A stretch of 60,562 nt of DNA, filler included, from Fonticula-like sp. SCN 57-25 (taxonomy: Eukaryota): assembly GCA_001724245.1 (NCBI GenBank). It is 4 parts of 4 records of this genome, joined end to end, with 100 filler letters (N's around TTAATTAATTAA, not from the genome) between each part and the next. Parts side by side here need not be neighbours in the genome. Positions count along the whole stretch, not along the records: positions 45,584 to 60,562 come from MEDX01000149.1; 3 more parts are not named here. One strand, given 5' to 3'. The notes under the pieces are model-generated. The model saw nothing but the letters and a program-made list of their open reading frames with translations. It ran no database searches and had not been told where the DNA came from. Every line of letters starts with the position of its first letter. Position 1 is the first letter of the stretch. This document shows positions 49,048 to 60,562 of the stretch, piece by piece. Both the position numbers and the translations under genes were made by a program.

Positions 49048-49968
49048 ATGCCGGACTGGTGCAACGAGAGCAAGCGCCAGCTGCGCGAGTATGCGATCGA
49101 CATTGTCGTCGCGATAATCGTCTCGGTGTTTGCTGCGGTTCTCGAGTTTGCGATTCCGCCGCATGAGCGCTACCTGGTTCTCGATGACCCGACGCTCATG
49201 TTCCCCTACCAGACGCACGAGACGGTCGAGACGGTCTGGCTGATCGTCCTCGCCGTCGTGGTGCCCATCATTCTTCTTGTTATCATGAGCCTCTACACGC
49301 GCAGAGGCAAGGAGGCCGACCTCATCCCCTGCCTTGTCGGTGCGCCCTTTTCCTTTCTTTTTCGCTGTTCTAATCCCTACCCCGTGCTTTAGCCTTTTGG
49401 CTCGCCATCGTGGTGACGATCTGCCTCACCAACATCTCCAAGAACTTTGTCGGCCGCTTCCGCCCCGACTTTTACGACCGCTGCCAGCCTGACGCCTTTG
49501 GCACGTGCATGGGCGATCCAAAGCTCGTGCGCGAGGGCCGCCGCAGCTTTCCCTCTGGTCACGCTTCCCGTACGTCATCGAACGCATTGCTGGAATGCCG
49601 CGCACTAACACGCGATCATGTGCATAATAGTGTCGTTTTGCGGTCTCGGATACTTGTCGCTTTACTTTGCCGGTCGCGTGAACCTCTTTCGCTTCCCCGG
49701 CCAGCTGTGGAAGCTCGTCCTCTTCTTCATCCCGCTCGTCACCGCCGCGATCGTCGCCCTCTCGCGCGTGAATGACTACCGCCACCACTGGCAGGACGTG
49801 CTCGTCGGCAGCGCCCTGGGCTTTGGTGTGGCGCTCCTGGTGTACCTCCAGTACTACCCGAACCTCGGCAAGCGTGGCCGCGGCGACACGCTCAACAGAT
49901 CGAGCGACGGCCTGGCCATGACCAGCACGCACGAGCCCATCTCAGACTCCATCTCTGACAACGTATAA
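49048..49968 (+). CDS. PAP2 lipid phosphate phosphatase (DPP1/PLPP4-5 type)
   Basis: KNFVGRFRPDF, SFPSGH, SRVNDYRHHWQDV; 2 introns. Confidence 0.92.
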
Positions 49969-50240
49969 AAAGCATTGCTCGTTGCCTAAAAACGAGAAAT
50001 CAACTAAATGTGTACTTTATTTCCCACGCGCTCTCTCAAGCTCGTAATAAACCTTAATGAACCGCTTTCGCATGGCTCGATTGGACTGATTCGTGTGACA
50101 TAATTGGACCACAAATGCACCAAAAAGTGCCACAAAATGTACGGAAAGAACACAATTAAATATGAGCGGGGCCATTATAAAGAATTAAACTATATAATTG
50201 TGCATCAACAACATGGTAGGAGTATTAGCTAAGTATGTTT

Positions 50241-53200
50241 TCACTCGACCGGCCTGCCGGCTTGCGTCGCTTCATTGTCAAAGTTGTGTAACCGGCGCCC
50301 GACGAGGAAGCGGTCGTCGCGGATCGTGTCCTGGAGGCTCAGCAGCCACTTGCGCACGCGCATTAGGCCGAGCGCAACGAGGCCACAAAACATCATCAAA
50401 AAGTACGACATCCGGAAGAGGACAATGCTGTCTTCTAGCGCCATGCCGGCGCGCGGAAAGACCTCAAACACGACAATCATTGGCGTGACAATGATGCCCA
50501 AAAGGGCAGCAATGATTGGGAACATGACGTAGAGCGTCGTCTGCGTCAGATTGACCGTCCGAAGGCCTCGCTCCGTAATCAACTAAAAATAATGGGTAAA
50601 TAAAGAAAATCAAGCAAAAAAATGACGTACTCCTTGAATAAAGCGGCGTGTTTGGGCGTTGCCCCAATAATAAATCACCCGGAGGCCCATATTGGTAAAC
50701 ATGAGACCCGTCCACCACGCCTATTCATGCGTAAGAAAACGCAAAAATGAAGCAAGAGTCATCAACGTACCTGCAAAAAGTAGATTGCCGGGACTTGCTC
50801 CATTGTATTGAGCGCCGGCAGTTGAATTGTGAGCTGCCAGATGATCCCCACGAGCAGCGGGATCACCGCGCCGACAACGACGACAAAGTACGTCACAACA
50901 AACACCAGCCGCAGCGCTGTGGCAATACTGTGCAGCACGCCAATCGCGCGGTTCATCGCCAAAAGCCGCCTCAGTCCCGCAACAGTCGCGCCCACAATCC
51001 ACGCGGCGCCGACGCCAAACCCGAGCGTGTACATTTCGTGCACGGGCCGCGCCGTGAAAAGTCGTGCAATGACGCGGCCGACCGACACGGGCACGAGCAC
51101 GGCGCACAGGAGCAGCGTGACGGCGGCGACGCAGGAAAGCGCGCCAAACACGATCAGGCGCAGGCCAAACAGTGGCGGGCGGTGAACGGGCCGCGCATCG
51201 TCGTCAGTGTCGGCGTCGGCGAGCCAATCATTTGTGTCGTCGGCGACTTCGTCCGCGTGGTCGCGCCCGAGCAGGTACGAAGAGAGGCTCAGCATGCGCG
51301 CGCAGGCCGACACCCACGCGGCGGTGAGGCCGCGGAAAATGTCGCCAAAGGGGACAGTCAGCACCATCGCACCGATCACAGAGTAGTACGTCGCTACATC
51401 AAAGGGAAGCTCGCCAATCGGGTCGCTGGAAAAGTGGGTTAAAAAAGAAATACATGTGGTCTAGGGGCGTACTCGATGATCCAGTTGAAGGGGACGAGCC
51501 ATGGGAGCAGCTTGGCCGACACAGTGACTGCTCCGCCGACGACGGCAAAGATCATTCCGACGTACATGCCGAGCGTCAAAACCAACGTGCGCGTCTGCTT
51601 CAAGACTGGCTGCTCAATCTATCAAGCGTGTCAGTTGCAGATAATCAAAAAGCCATGTGGTCGTACCATGTCCTGGACAAAGCCCGTGTCGTGTGTGCGA
51701 AGGAACCATAGGACGCCCGGGCGCAGGATGGCAAGGAGCGTCGAGTGCAGCAGCGACACATTCCAGATGATGTACATTCCAAGCAGCCAATGGGCAAAAA
51801 AGCTGGAAAAGGGCGCCATCAAAAGGCCCGCCACGCGGTCGCCGACCGACGCGCCAAAGAGCGGCAGCGTGCAATAGTCAACGGCAAGGCCAAAGACGAG
51901 CGGGAATACGGCCACTTCAATAAAGAGGCGGACAGTGACCTTTGCGAGGATGATGAAGAAGCGGATGACGCGGATTTGCGACCGCTTAAAGGCCGACTGC
52001 GGCGACGCGCGAAGCAGGAACGACAGCACGCGCTGAAAAACATCAAAATTAGACATAAAATATAAAAAATGACGCCAGAATGGCCGTACCATGTAGAGGA
52101 GAAGCAGCATGGCAATGACGGCGTAGCCGAGAATGACGGTCAATACGGGCGTCACGATCGAGTGCGGGTGAACAACAGCGAGGCCGACAATGGAGCGGAA
52201 CGAGGCGGGGTCCGTCGCATTGGCGGACAGCGTCACGTTCGCCGACTCGACCACCGCCTCGGACGCCTTGGCAATCGCCTCGGTCGCCATCTCGACGGCC
52301 TCCTCGACAATAGGGTAAAACGTCGAGGTAAGGTATGTCGCATAGGCAAACAGCACGCGAACAGTCTAAAAACAAAACAAAAGTGTCAGACAAACAGGCA
52401 AATTTGGCATTGGCAACAAAGACAATCCACTTGGCGCACCTCGATTGTGAGGTTGCCGAGGAAGCTCGGGATAAACACAAAGCCGCCGAGCAGCGTCGAG
52501 TTGAAGAGCAGCACCCAGAACACGTTCTCTGCAAAGCGAAGCAGCGGGCCCTTGAGGCCGATGACCTCCTCGAGCGACACCTCTTCGTTGCCGTCGAACC
52601 AGCCGTTGAAGGGGCGCTCCTCGCCGTTTTGCGCGCCGGCGGCAGCGGCGGCCTGGTCCTGGTCGCCTGCCGGCGCAGCGTCCGCGGCGGCGTTGTCGTG
52701 CGCGTCGCCGTCGCCGCCGTCGCCGTGAAGGTGGTGCGGGTTGTCCGGCCCGAGATCCAGGTCGTCGTCCAGCATGAAGCCAAAGGCATCGTCGGAAAAC
52801 TCGGGCGTGTGCGGAAGATCATCGTCAAAGACGTCTGTCACGTTCACGTCCTCGTCGTCGCTGTCAATGCTCGACGTGGCGCTCGAGGAAGCGCGCTCGG
52901 CGGCGCTGTTCAGGCGGGTCCGGCGGTGCTCGTCGGCTTCAACGTAGGCTCGCCGCCGGGCAGCGTCGCTGTCCTCGGCGTCGTCGGCGGGGGTGGGGGC
53001 GAGGACGGGCACGGCGGGAAGCGCGAGCACGGGGTCCTGGCGGTCGAGCACCGCTTGAAGGGCCTCATCGGTGAAGATGGTGTCGCGCAGGATAAAGACG
53101 CCGATGAAGAGGAGGAGGAGCGAGCCAAAGATCAGCGTGCCGTCGAGGCAGTCTACGAGGATGGACAGCAGGCTGCGCGCGAATCGTCAGCGATGCAAAC

Positions 53201-53873
53201 AAATGGAGGGAATGCGCACTTGTCGGGGGGGCCAGTGGACCACCGAAAGTAGATGGCGAAAAGCATTTTCGTGGCGTAGGGGACAAACACAAACCACGTA
53301 AAGGCCACGAGCAGGTAGCGCAGAAACAACTTTGATACAAGAAGGGCGCGCTTTACGGCGCCCACCAGCAGCATCCACAGAGGAAGCTTGCTTGGCATGT
53401 TTTTATGGTACACTATCATTATGTCAGTAAAGCGGCCAGCCGCGCGCAAACGCAAACGTACCCGGCGAGAATTCAAACGGATGTTTACATAGCTCGCAGT
53501 TCCTGCACCGCGCACGTCAGAATCACAGCAAAACCTTTATAGCGCGACAATGCGTCACGTTAAAGAGATACAAAGACGTACGTTTTTTGACTATGCTGGA
53601 GCCAACGCGTCAAGCTAAAAATACCCCATTGTTAGTACACTTCGGCCTTGCCCCATTTCTCCCGCCAAGCGGGAAATGCTTTCGCGCGCACCAATCCTCG
53701 TGGATGTACTTGATGCTCCCGCTACACCGGCACGGGTAGAACAGCGGGTCCTCCGGCGTGCCCTCGCAGCGGCACACGCGGCAGAGGCTCTCGCCTATCA
53801 CCCTTCGTCAGTACCCACTCTTCCCCGCATCTGCGTCATGCGAGATTTGCGCACCACCGTCGTCGTCGTCCAT
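50241..53873 (-). CDS. DOA10: ERAD E3 ubiquitin ligase Doa10/MARCH6
   Basis: RINGv [52 protein letters not shown]-terminal [14 protein letters not shown]; many introns. Confidence 0.93.
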
Positions 53874-53978
53874 CGCGTGAGGGGCACGATGCAAACTGGC
53901 TTGCAGAATATTCTCTGTGATTCACCTGTTCATTCGTAGAGAGTTGACTGTGGCAGTTTGCACAACATCAACCCGACA

Positions 53979-54864
53979 ATGGAGGACGCATTCTCGGCAT
54001 TTGAGGCGGTGGACGCGCGGCAGCTCGGGACGATACCCTCAAAGCTTCTTGCTGTTCCCCAGCAGTACGCCGACTATGTCGACGACGTTCTGCTGTCGCA
54101 CGGCCTTATCCTTGACCGGTACGCCGCGAGCTTTGGCGAGGCTTTCCTAGGCTGACTTCCGCGACCACAGGATAGATCGCCTTGCGCGGTCGCTCCACCG
54201 CGCGCTCCCCGCTGGCGGAGAGGTCGTCTGCCTCTGCACACTCAAGGGCGCCAGCCAATTCTTTGGCGACCTGCTGGCGGCGCTCAAGCGCCTCAACATT
54301 GACAACGACAAGAGTGTGCGGCTCACCCCTGAATACATCCGCGCCTCCAGCTACGTCGATACGCGCAGCACGGGCAACGTCAAGCTTTCGGGAATCGATG
54401 CCGACAGTCTGACGGGCAAGGTGCGCATTCACGAGGTGGCAGTGTTAGTGGCGATGGCGTGGACTGACTCGTGTATACCAGCACGTCCTCATTGTGGAGG
54501 ACATTGTCGACACTGGCCGCAGCGCCACGGCCCTCGTCAAGGCCGTGCAGGAGGCGAAGCCCGCAAGTGTGCTCTTTGCCACGCTTGTCCTCAAGGCCAA
54601 CGCCTCGTGGAACGGCTTCCGGCCCGACTGTACATATTCCACTCCTACGCCACAGTCGATGTTCTAACCCCATATTCCTTTTAGTTGTGGGCTTTGTGAT
54701 CCCCGACGCCTTCGTGGTCGGCTATTCACTGGACTATAACGAGGCCTTCCGTGACCTCGACGTGCGCTACTCCTTTCCTCTTTCGCGCGCGTCCACTCAC
54801 GTTTTACTTGCAGCACTTGTGCATTCTCAACGCGGCCGGTCAAGCAGCATTTGCCTCCGTCTAA
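53979..54864 (+). CDS. HPRT: Hypoxanthine-guanine phosphoribosyltransferase
   Basis: VLLSHGLILDRIDRLA, CTLKGASQFFGDL, YIRASSY, VLIVEDIVDTG, FVVGYSLDYNEAFRDL; 4 introns. Confidence 0.93.
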
Positions 54865-54971
54865 TCAACCAATCATATCATTACATTTCCCTCGTTGTCC
54901 AATCATACAACGCCAAACCCAATAAACTAGTGACGTCACATTTTCGTTGCCTTGAAGTGTTGAACGTCCAG

Positions 54972-56602
54972 ATGTCGAGGCTGACGTCGGGAGGCGACGC
55001 GCTCAATGCGGAGGCGCGTCGCAAGCGTCAAGAGTATGAAGACAATGAGGCGCCGCCGCCAAAGATGCCTCGCACAGATGCCGATGTTCCCGCGGTAAGT
55101 GGGAAAGATGGGCGCGTTCCCGCGTTCCTCAGCAAGCTTTATAGGTGCGCGCTCGATGGCGTTGCCGCCGAATCTGCATGCTCACACAGCGCAGGATGAT
55201 GCACGATAACCGCTACAAGCACCTTCTTGAGTGGGGCCCCGACGAAACGAGCTTCTTTGGTACGCGATCTCTTTTCCTTTACGCGCTTTCCCTCGCGGCG
55301 AGCATGTCTTTCCCGCCTTTTCCCGATCGCTGACCAACCGCCGATCCAGTACTAAAGCCCGAGGAGTTTGCGCGCACCGTGCTCCCCCGGTACTACAAGC
55401 ACAACAACTTTTCGAGCTTTGTGCGCCAGCTCAACATTTACGGCTTTCACAAGGTCCCGCATGCGCAGCAGGGCGTCCTCCTTGCAGATGACAATGAGGT
55501 TGCAGAGTTTTCGCACCCGCTGTTCCGCAAAGGGCGGCCCGATCTGCTGCTCCAAGTGAAGCGCAAATCTGCGACGGCCGACACGAAAAAGGTACGGTAC
55601 TTTTTGGGCGCATTTTGTCATGCTGATCCCCCTTTTTTTTTTCAGACGAATGCTACTGCCAATGAGGTTGCCGTTCCATTGAATGTGAACGTTGACCAGA
55701 TCATGACAGACATTATGAACATCAAGCAGAATCAGCTGCTGATCACCAACAGCCTGAAGGAGATCCAGCGCGACAACCAGCACCTCTGGAACGAAATGAT
55801 GGCGACGCGCCACCGCAACCAGCATCTGCAGCAGGCCGCCCTCAAGATCGTTCACTTTCTCGCCTCTGTCTTTGGCCGCGGCGACAAGACCGGGATCCGC
55901 AACACGGCCGCGGCGAGCCACGGCGGCAACCGCCTGCTGCTCGGCGACGGCAGCAGCGGCAGCAGCAGCATGTCGGCGACGCCCGGCGCGGCGGCGTACC
56001 CGACACTCGACCCCGAGGAGCTGCGCAGCATGGTCGAGCTCTTCTCGCAGAACGACGACCAGCTGCTTGGCGGCGGCATGGGCGCCGGCCCCGACATGGC
56101 CGGAGCGTCTTCCATGCTGCCGCTGAGCCCGGCCATCGAGCTGCCCGGCCCGCCGATGCAGCTGCCGGCGGGTTACCCCACCTCGATGCCCGACTTTGGC
56201 ATCGGCGAGACGTTCCCGTACGTCGAGCCCACCGCCGACGGGCACCGCAGCCAGCAGTCGGACCGCATCAGCGCGCTCAACGACGACATTGACGCGCTCG
56301 AAGGCAACCTCGAGAGCCTCAGGCAGCGGCTCGTGAGCAGCGGCATGTCGCCCGTCGACTTTGACCCGGCCGATCTCGGCGACGGCACCGACTTTTTGGC
56401 CATGCTCAACCACAGCGACGACGCCGACGATGCGACGTCGCCGCTGATTGGCGGCGCCACGCTGCAGGAGCTGGACGGCGGGTCGCCGGCGGTTGGCGGC
56501 GGCGCGACTATCCAGGACATTACCTCGCCGGCGACGACGCCCACGAGGCAGCCGCAGCCCGTCATTGTGACGCCCGGCGGCAGCGTCACGCACTCTAGCT
56601 AG
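54972..56602 (+). CDS. HSF1: Heat shock transcription factor
   Basis: VPAFLSKLY...LPRYYKHNNFSSFVRQLNIYGFHKV...EFSHPLFRKGRPDLLLQVKRK; HR-A/B IQRDNQHLWNEM; 3 introns. Confidence 0.93.
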
Positions 56603-57006
56603 TCCTTTTTTCCTTTGTACATTGATACACTTTGACGCCGTTGGCGCCTCTTTTCTGATTGTTGCCTCTGTTGATATTTCGGCTCTCTTCATGTTGGACG
56701 TGTGTTCTCTGTTACTTGCCTGCTCGTGTAGTGGCTCCATTGACAATATACAAGATAGTGACAAGGGGTGGCCCCAGCGGCAACAGCTCAGTCATGACCA
56801 ACGAAAAGCAAACTAGTAGGAAAGTGAGAAAATAAATATATATGACCACAAGCATATGTGAGAGGCGTGATCTGAAGAATTCCTGCAGTCAAACACAAGC
56901 AACATCCAGACAGGAGTGTCAGAAAAAGGTAGAAACGGAACAAAACACCATGAAAACAACGCCATTAACATTTCAGGGAAAACATTTTTTCACACATTCC
57001 ATGTAA

Positions 57007-59655
57007 CTACTCCTCGTCCGAATCGTCCGTCGTGTAGTCCGAGCTACCCGTCGTGTAGTCCTCAGAGTCATCCGACGAAGCGTCCTCCTCCGAGCTCTCG
57101 GCCGCAGCGGGAGCCGAAGTGGCGGCGGGGGCGGCAGCAGCGGGGGCGGCAGCGGGGGCGGCGGCAGCAGCAGGGGCAGCCTTCACCTCCTCCTCCTCCT
57201 CCTCGGACGACTCCTCCTCCGACGACTCATACTCGGACGACGAGTCCTCCTCCTCCGAGCTCTCGGCGGCGGCGGCCGGGGCGGCAGCGACGGGGGCAGG
57301 GGCGGCGGCAGCCGGCGCCTCAACGGGGGCAGCGGCGGCGGGGGCGGCCTTCACCTCCTCCTCCTCCTCCTCCTCGGACGACGACTCGTACTCGGACGAC
57401 TCGTCGTCAGCAGACGAAGTGTCGTCTTCCGACTCGGGCTCAGCGGCCTTGGGCGCGGGGGCGGCGGCGATGACCGGCACGGCGGCGGCGGCGGGCTTGG
57501 GGGCCTCCTCCTCGCCGTCCGACTCTTCAAAGTCGCTCGTGTCCGAGTCGCCCTCCTCGCTCTCCTCCTCGCTCGAGGACTCGGCGGCCTTGGCAGCGGC
57601 GGCGGCAGCGGCGGCAGCAGCAGCAGCCTCCTTCTCGGCAGCCTCCTTGGCAGCGGCCTCCTTGGCGGCGGCCTCCTTAGCGGCAGCCTCCTTGGCAGCA
57701 GCCTCCTTGGCGGCGGCTTCCTTAGCAGCAGCCTCCTTGGTAGCAGCCTCCTTAGCAGCAGCCTCCTTAGCAGCAGCCTCCTTGGCGGCGGCTTCCTTAG
57801 CAGCAGCCTCCTTGGCAGCAGCCTCCTTGGCGGCAGCCTCCTTGATGGCGGCTTCCTTGGCGGCGGCCTCCTTGGCAGCGGCCTCCTTGATGGCGGCTTC
57901 CTTAGCGGCAGCCTCCTTCTGAGCAGCCTCCTTGGCAGCAGCCTCCTTGGCGGCGGCCTCCTTGGCGACGGCCTCCTTCTCCTGCTTGGCCTTGAGCTCC
58001 TGGTCAAGAACGTCATCCGACAGGTACGGGACGTTGGCGAGGGTGGGCTCCTCCTCCTCAACGCCGGCGGTGTCGCGCGCAACGACAAACTCGCCCTTGG
58101 CGTCCTGGAGCTCGCCAACAGTCGACTTGTACTGCTCGTAGAGCTCCTTGTACTTGGCCTCGATGGCGGCGGCCTTGGCGGCCTTGGCGGCCTCCTTCTC
58201 CTTCTTGCGAGCGGCGCGCTCGGCCTCGCGCTCGGCCTTGCGGGCGAGGAGCGCATCAATCTTGGCGGCATCGGCAGCCGACGTGGCGGGGACCGGCGAG
58301 ACGGCCGGGGGGGCGACCGGCGAGACGGGGGCCACGGCGGCCTTGATCAGCTCGGGCGCGGTGAACGCGTACGGCTTGAACTCGGGGACCTCGGCGGCGA
58401 CGGGCACGACAATCTTCGGCGGCTCAATCACGGGGACGACCGGCTTGGGCGGGAGGGGCAGGTCCTCCTCCTTGGGCTTGGAGCGAGCAGAGCGAATGGG
58501 CTGCGGGCTCTTCACCGGGGGGAGCTCGCGGACAGGGGCGGCCTGCACGGGCTTCTTGGGCAGCTGCGCGTTGCGCTCGCGCCAGGTGAGACCGTCCTGG
58601 TCACCGGTGGGGATAAAGTACTGCGGGCGCGAAGACGCCTGAATTGTGCTCGAGAACTGGCCGCGGAAAGTGCTGATACCGCCAGAGTAGCCGCGAGCGG
58701 GCACGCGCGACGCGCTCGAGCGCGACGCAGTCGCGGCGTACTTGATCTCCGGCGGGGGGGCCTGGCTCAGGGCATCGGGCGAGTTGAAATTGCGAGGCAT
58801 GGCCGACACCGACGCCTGGCGGCGGATGGGCGACGCAGCGTCGTCACGGGCGCGGCGCTCCTCGGCGCGCTCGGCGCGGATGCTCAAAACATCATGGGCG
58901 ACATCGCGAGCCGGCTTGGACGCGATGGGCGACGACACGACATCGTCAGTCTCGGAGCGGAACAAAACAGACTTGACGGGGGCGTCCTCCTCCTCGGCGG
59001 CCGAGGTACCCGCAGTGGCGGGGCTGGCGACGGCCTCCGCGGAGGTAAGCTCCTTCGAGTCAGTGGCGGCAAGCTCCTGGAGCTGGCGCTGGACCTCCGA
59101 GCTGGTCATGTGCATGGGCGAAAGCATGTTGGTGCTCCCACCACGCGAGATCGCACGGAGAGTAAGCGAAGCGGGGCGCGAAGTCGCAGAGGGCGACTTG
59201 GCAGTGCTCACGGGGGCCGGGGCCGAGTGGTCAATGCTCAAGCCAAGCTTGAGGCGGATGTTGGCCTCGCGGATGTCCTCGGGCGCCTTGGCCTCCACCT
59301 CCAGGGACTCCTACTCGACGTCGTCAGTAAAGAACAAGTCGTGCTTTCGCTGGCGTACGGGGAAGAAAGCGCGGATGCGCTGCTGGTTCTGGCGAATCTT
59401 TGATTCCTCGAGGGCATGCGTGGTCATGTAAAACACGATGACCGTCTTTGACTCGATGTTAGCAAAGCCGACCTGGGCCACATCGGACTTGAAAGCGCGC
59501 TTCAGGCCGTCCAGACCACCCGACCCGCGGGTGACAAGGTTGAGATGCTCGTGCTCGTCAGCGCCGGTGGTCAGCGAGGCCAAAAGCCAGTCATGAAGAC
59601 CGCCGGCAGCAATGCTGGCGATGCCTTTGGTGAGCAAGTCGTCCGCCTGCACCAT
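57007..59655 (-). CDS. ADF-H (coactosin/drebrin-like) domain protein with a Pro-rich region, (KEAAA)n helix and acidic Ser/Glu repeats
   Basis: N-terminal DWLLASL...LVTRGSGGLDGLK..F..DVAQVGF....KTVIVFY resembles ADF-H. A 48-nt in-frame intron 59311-59358 (GTACGC..CTGAC..TAG) joins the two ORFs. Confidence 0.7.
57060..57420 (-). repeat. Internal coding repeats (SSEYESSSEEEEEEEVKAAPAAAA / AAESSEEED)
   Basis: Near-identical blocks at ~57175-57265 and ~57345-57410. Confidence 0.8.
57619..57978 (-). repeat. 15-bp coding tandem repeat, ~24 copies of AAG GAG GCN GCN GCN (KEAAA)
   Basis: Direct reading; synonymous variation between units. Confidence 0.95.
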
Positions 59656-59876
59656 GTCTATCTAAAACGAAAAGAGCCACCCTGTTAGCACGCACGTCCA
59701 CCTACAAAGCGTCCCCCGCCTCAGTAGCAGCCAGCGGGCCTTTCTTTCGCCGGCCCTGAGCCTGGTCCCTTCCGCCCCGACGGCAACCCGTACCTTCTTT
59801 CGAGGTCAGTTGAAAAAGGCGAGAGACGATTTCCAATTTTTTCCGCAGGTAGCATGGTTGAGACGTCATAATTGGC

Positions 59877-59890
59877 TCCCATATATGGGA
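59877..59890. promoter_or_regulatory. CArG box (SRF/MADS) within palindrome TCCCATATATGGGA
   Basis: CC(A/T)6GG at 59879-59888, upstream of the ADF-H gene's 5'UTR intron. Confidence 0.55.
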
Positions 59891-59973
59891 CGATCACTAT
59901 TGGAATCCAGCCGATTTGCTAATTTGACAATTTGACAAATTGTGCAGAACAGCATCGTGGACGGTGACAGAGG

Positions 59974-60562
59974 ATGCAGGTGAGAGCGCTGCTAGCGGCG
60001 ACGGCGGGGTCCATCTTTGCCGGCATGCAGAGCGTGCATGCCGCGCCTGCCGCGCCTGCCAACAAGGTACGTTCTAGTATTCACTGTCGCGGCTATTGGG
60101 TGATAATTAACGCCCTTTTGCTAGCTGCCTATTTACAAGTCGGAGGAAGAGCCCCCGGCAGAGCCATCCGACGAGCCCGCTCCCACGGATTCGCCCGTGA
60201 GCAAGGTTGCGGCCAAGCTCGAGGACAAGGTTGCGCGCGCGCGTCTTGCTGCAGAGTCGGCGCGCCTTAAAGTAGAGAATGTGCGCGATGAGGCCGTGCG
60301 CGTGAAGGATCTCGGCAAGGAGTACGTGGACGGCGTGTCGAGCGGCAAGGTCAAGGTTCTCCCTGGCGCCGAGCCGCTGCTCCCCGGCTCGCTTTATATC
60401 GTCATCTCGACGCTCGGCGGCATCATTGTTTCGCATCGCAGCCCCTACGTGGCGCGGCGCACGCTGATCCCGACGGTCGCCTTTGTCGGATCGTTCGCGT
60501 GGTTCCTCCCCCAGACCTTTGGCGTCGGGCTAGAGCGCACCACCGGCTGGAAGCGCCCCACG
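59974..60562 (+). CDS. MICOS subunit Mic26/Mic27 (ApoO family), runs off the window end
   Basis: Presequence-like start and intron 60067-60124, then KLPIY...LEDKV...EPLLPGSLYIVISTLGGIIVSHR...R..IP...FAWFLPQT. Confidence 0.7.

Noticed and set aside
57619..57978. CRISPR-like or non-coding satellite array
   Set aside because: There are no spacers; it is a 15-nt in-frame coding repeat with synonymous variation.
59311..59313. In-frame TAG between the ADF-H ORF and the 763-aa ORF (possible readthrough or recoding)
   Set aside because: It is the 3' end of a typical 48-nt intron (GTACGC...CTGAC...TAG, 59358-59311), and TAG is an ordinary stop in MPST, LAMTOR3, HSF and the MKP.
1..60562. tRNA, rRNA, transposase/RT genes, U12-type or non-canonical introns
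   Set aside because: None was recognisable by eye; every intron I traced was GT-AG.

Overview
This is a gene-dense, GC-rich eukaryotic nuclear sequence, probably from a unicellular opisthokont or amorphean protist or an early-diverging fungus-like organism; the exact lineage cannot be fixed from this window. It is four ~15 kb contigs joined by an identical artificial 100-nt spacer (N44-TTAATTAATTAA-N44), so genes on different contigs should not be treated as neighbours. About 25 protein genes are present, most with short (~45-60 nt) introns whose donors are mainly GT(A/G/T)CG. Recognisable genes: FHIT, PRP46/PLRG1, ATM/TEL1 N-terminus (truncated), MPST, LAMTOR3, an EEIG1-type C2 protein, LYS2, NAD kinase (truncated), CMTR1, a P3A H+-ATPase, ABCD4, galactokinase, ARG8, a MAPK phosphatase, RICTOR (truncated), PAP2, DOA10, HPRT, HSF and MIC26/27. 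The most unusual items are: an intronless membrane protein with a bacterial DUF1636 domain; a surface protein with an apparently dead M23 peptidoglycan-peptidase fold, next to a 6xIPT surface protein whose repeats resemble the Sec5 IPT domain; a PH-PH-PB1-MAP3K; a kinase-less MadBub that keeps CD1; a natural (EAAAK)~24 helix in an ADF-H-like protein with a CArG box upstream; and a recurrent AAATCGCATGCGATTT promoter palindrome. All family calls were made by eye from motifs; no database search was run.
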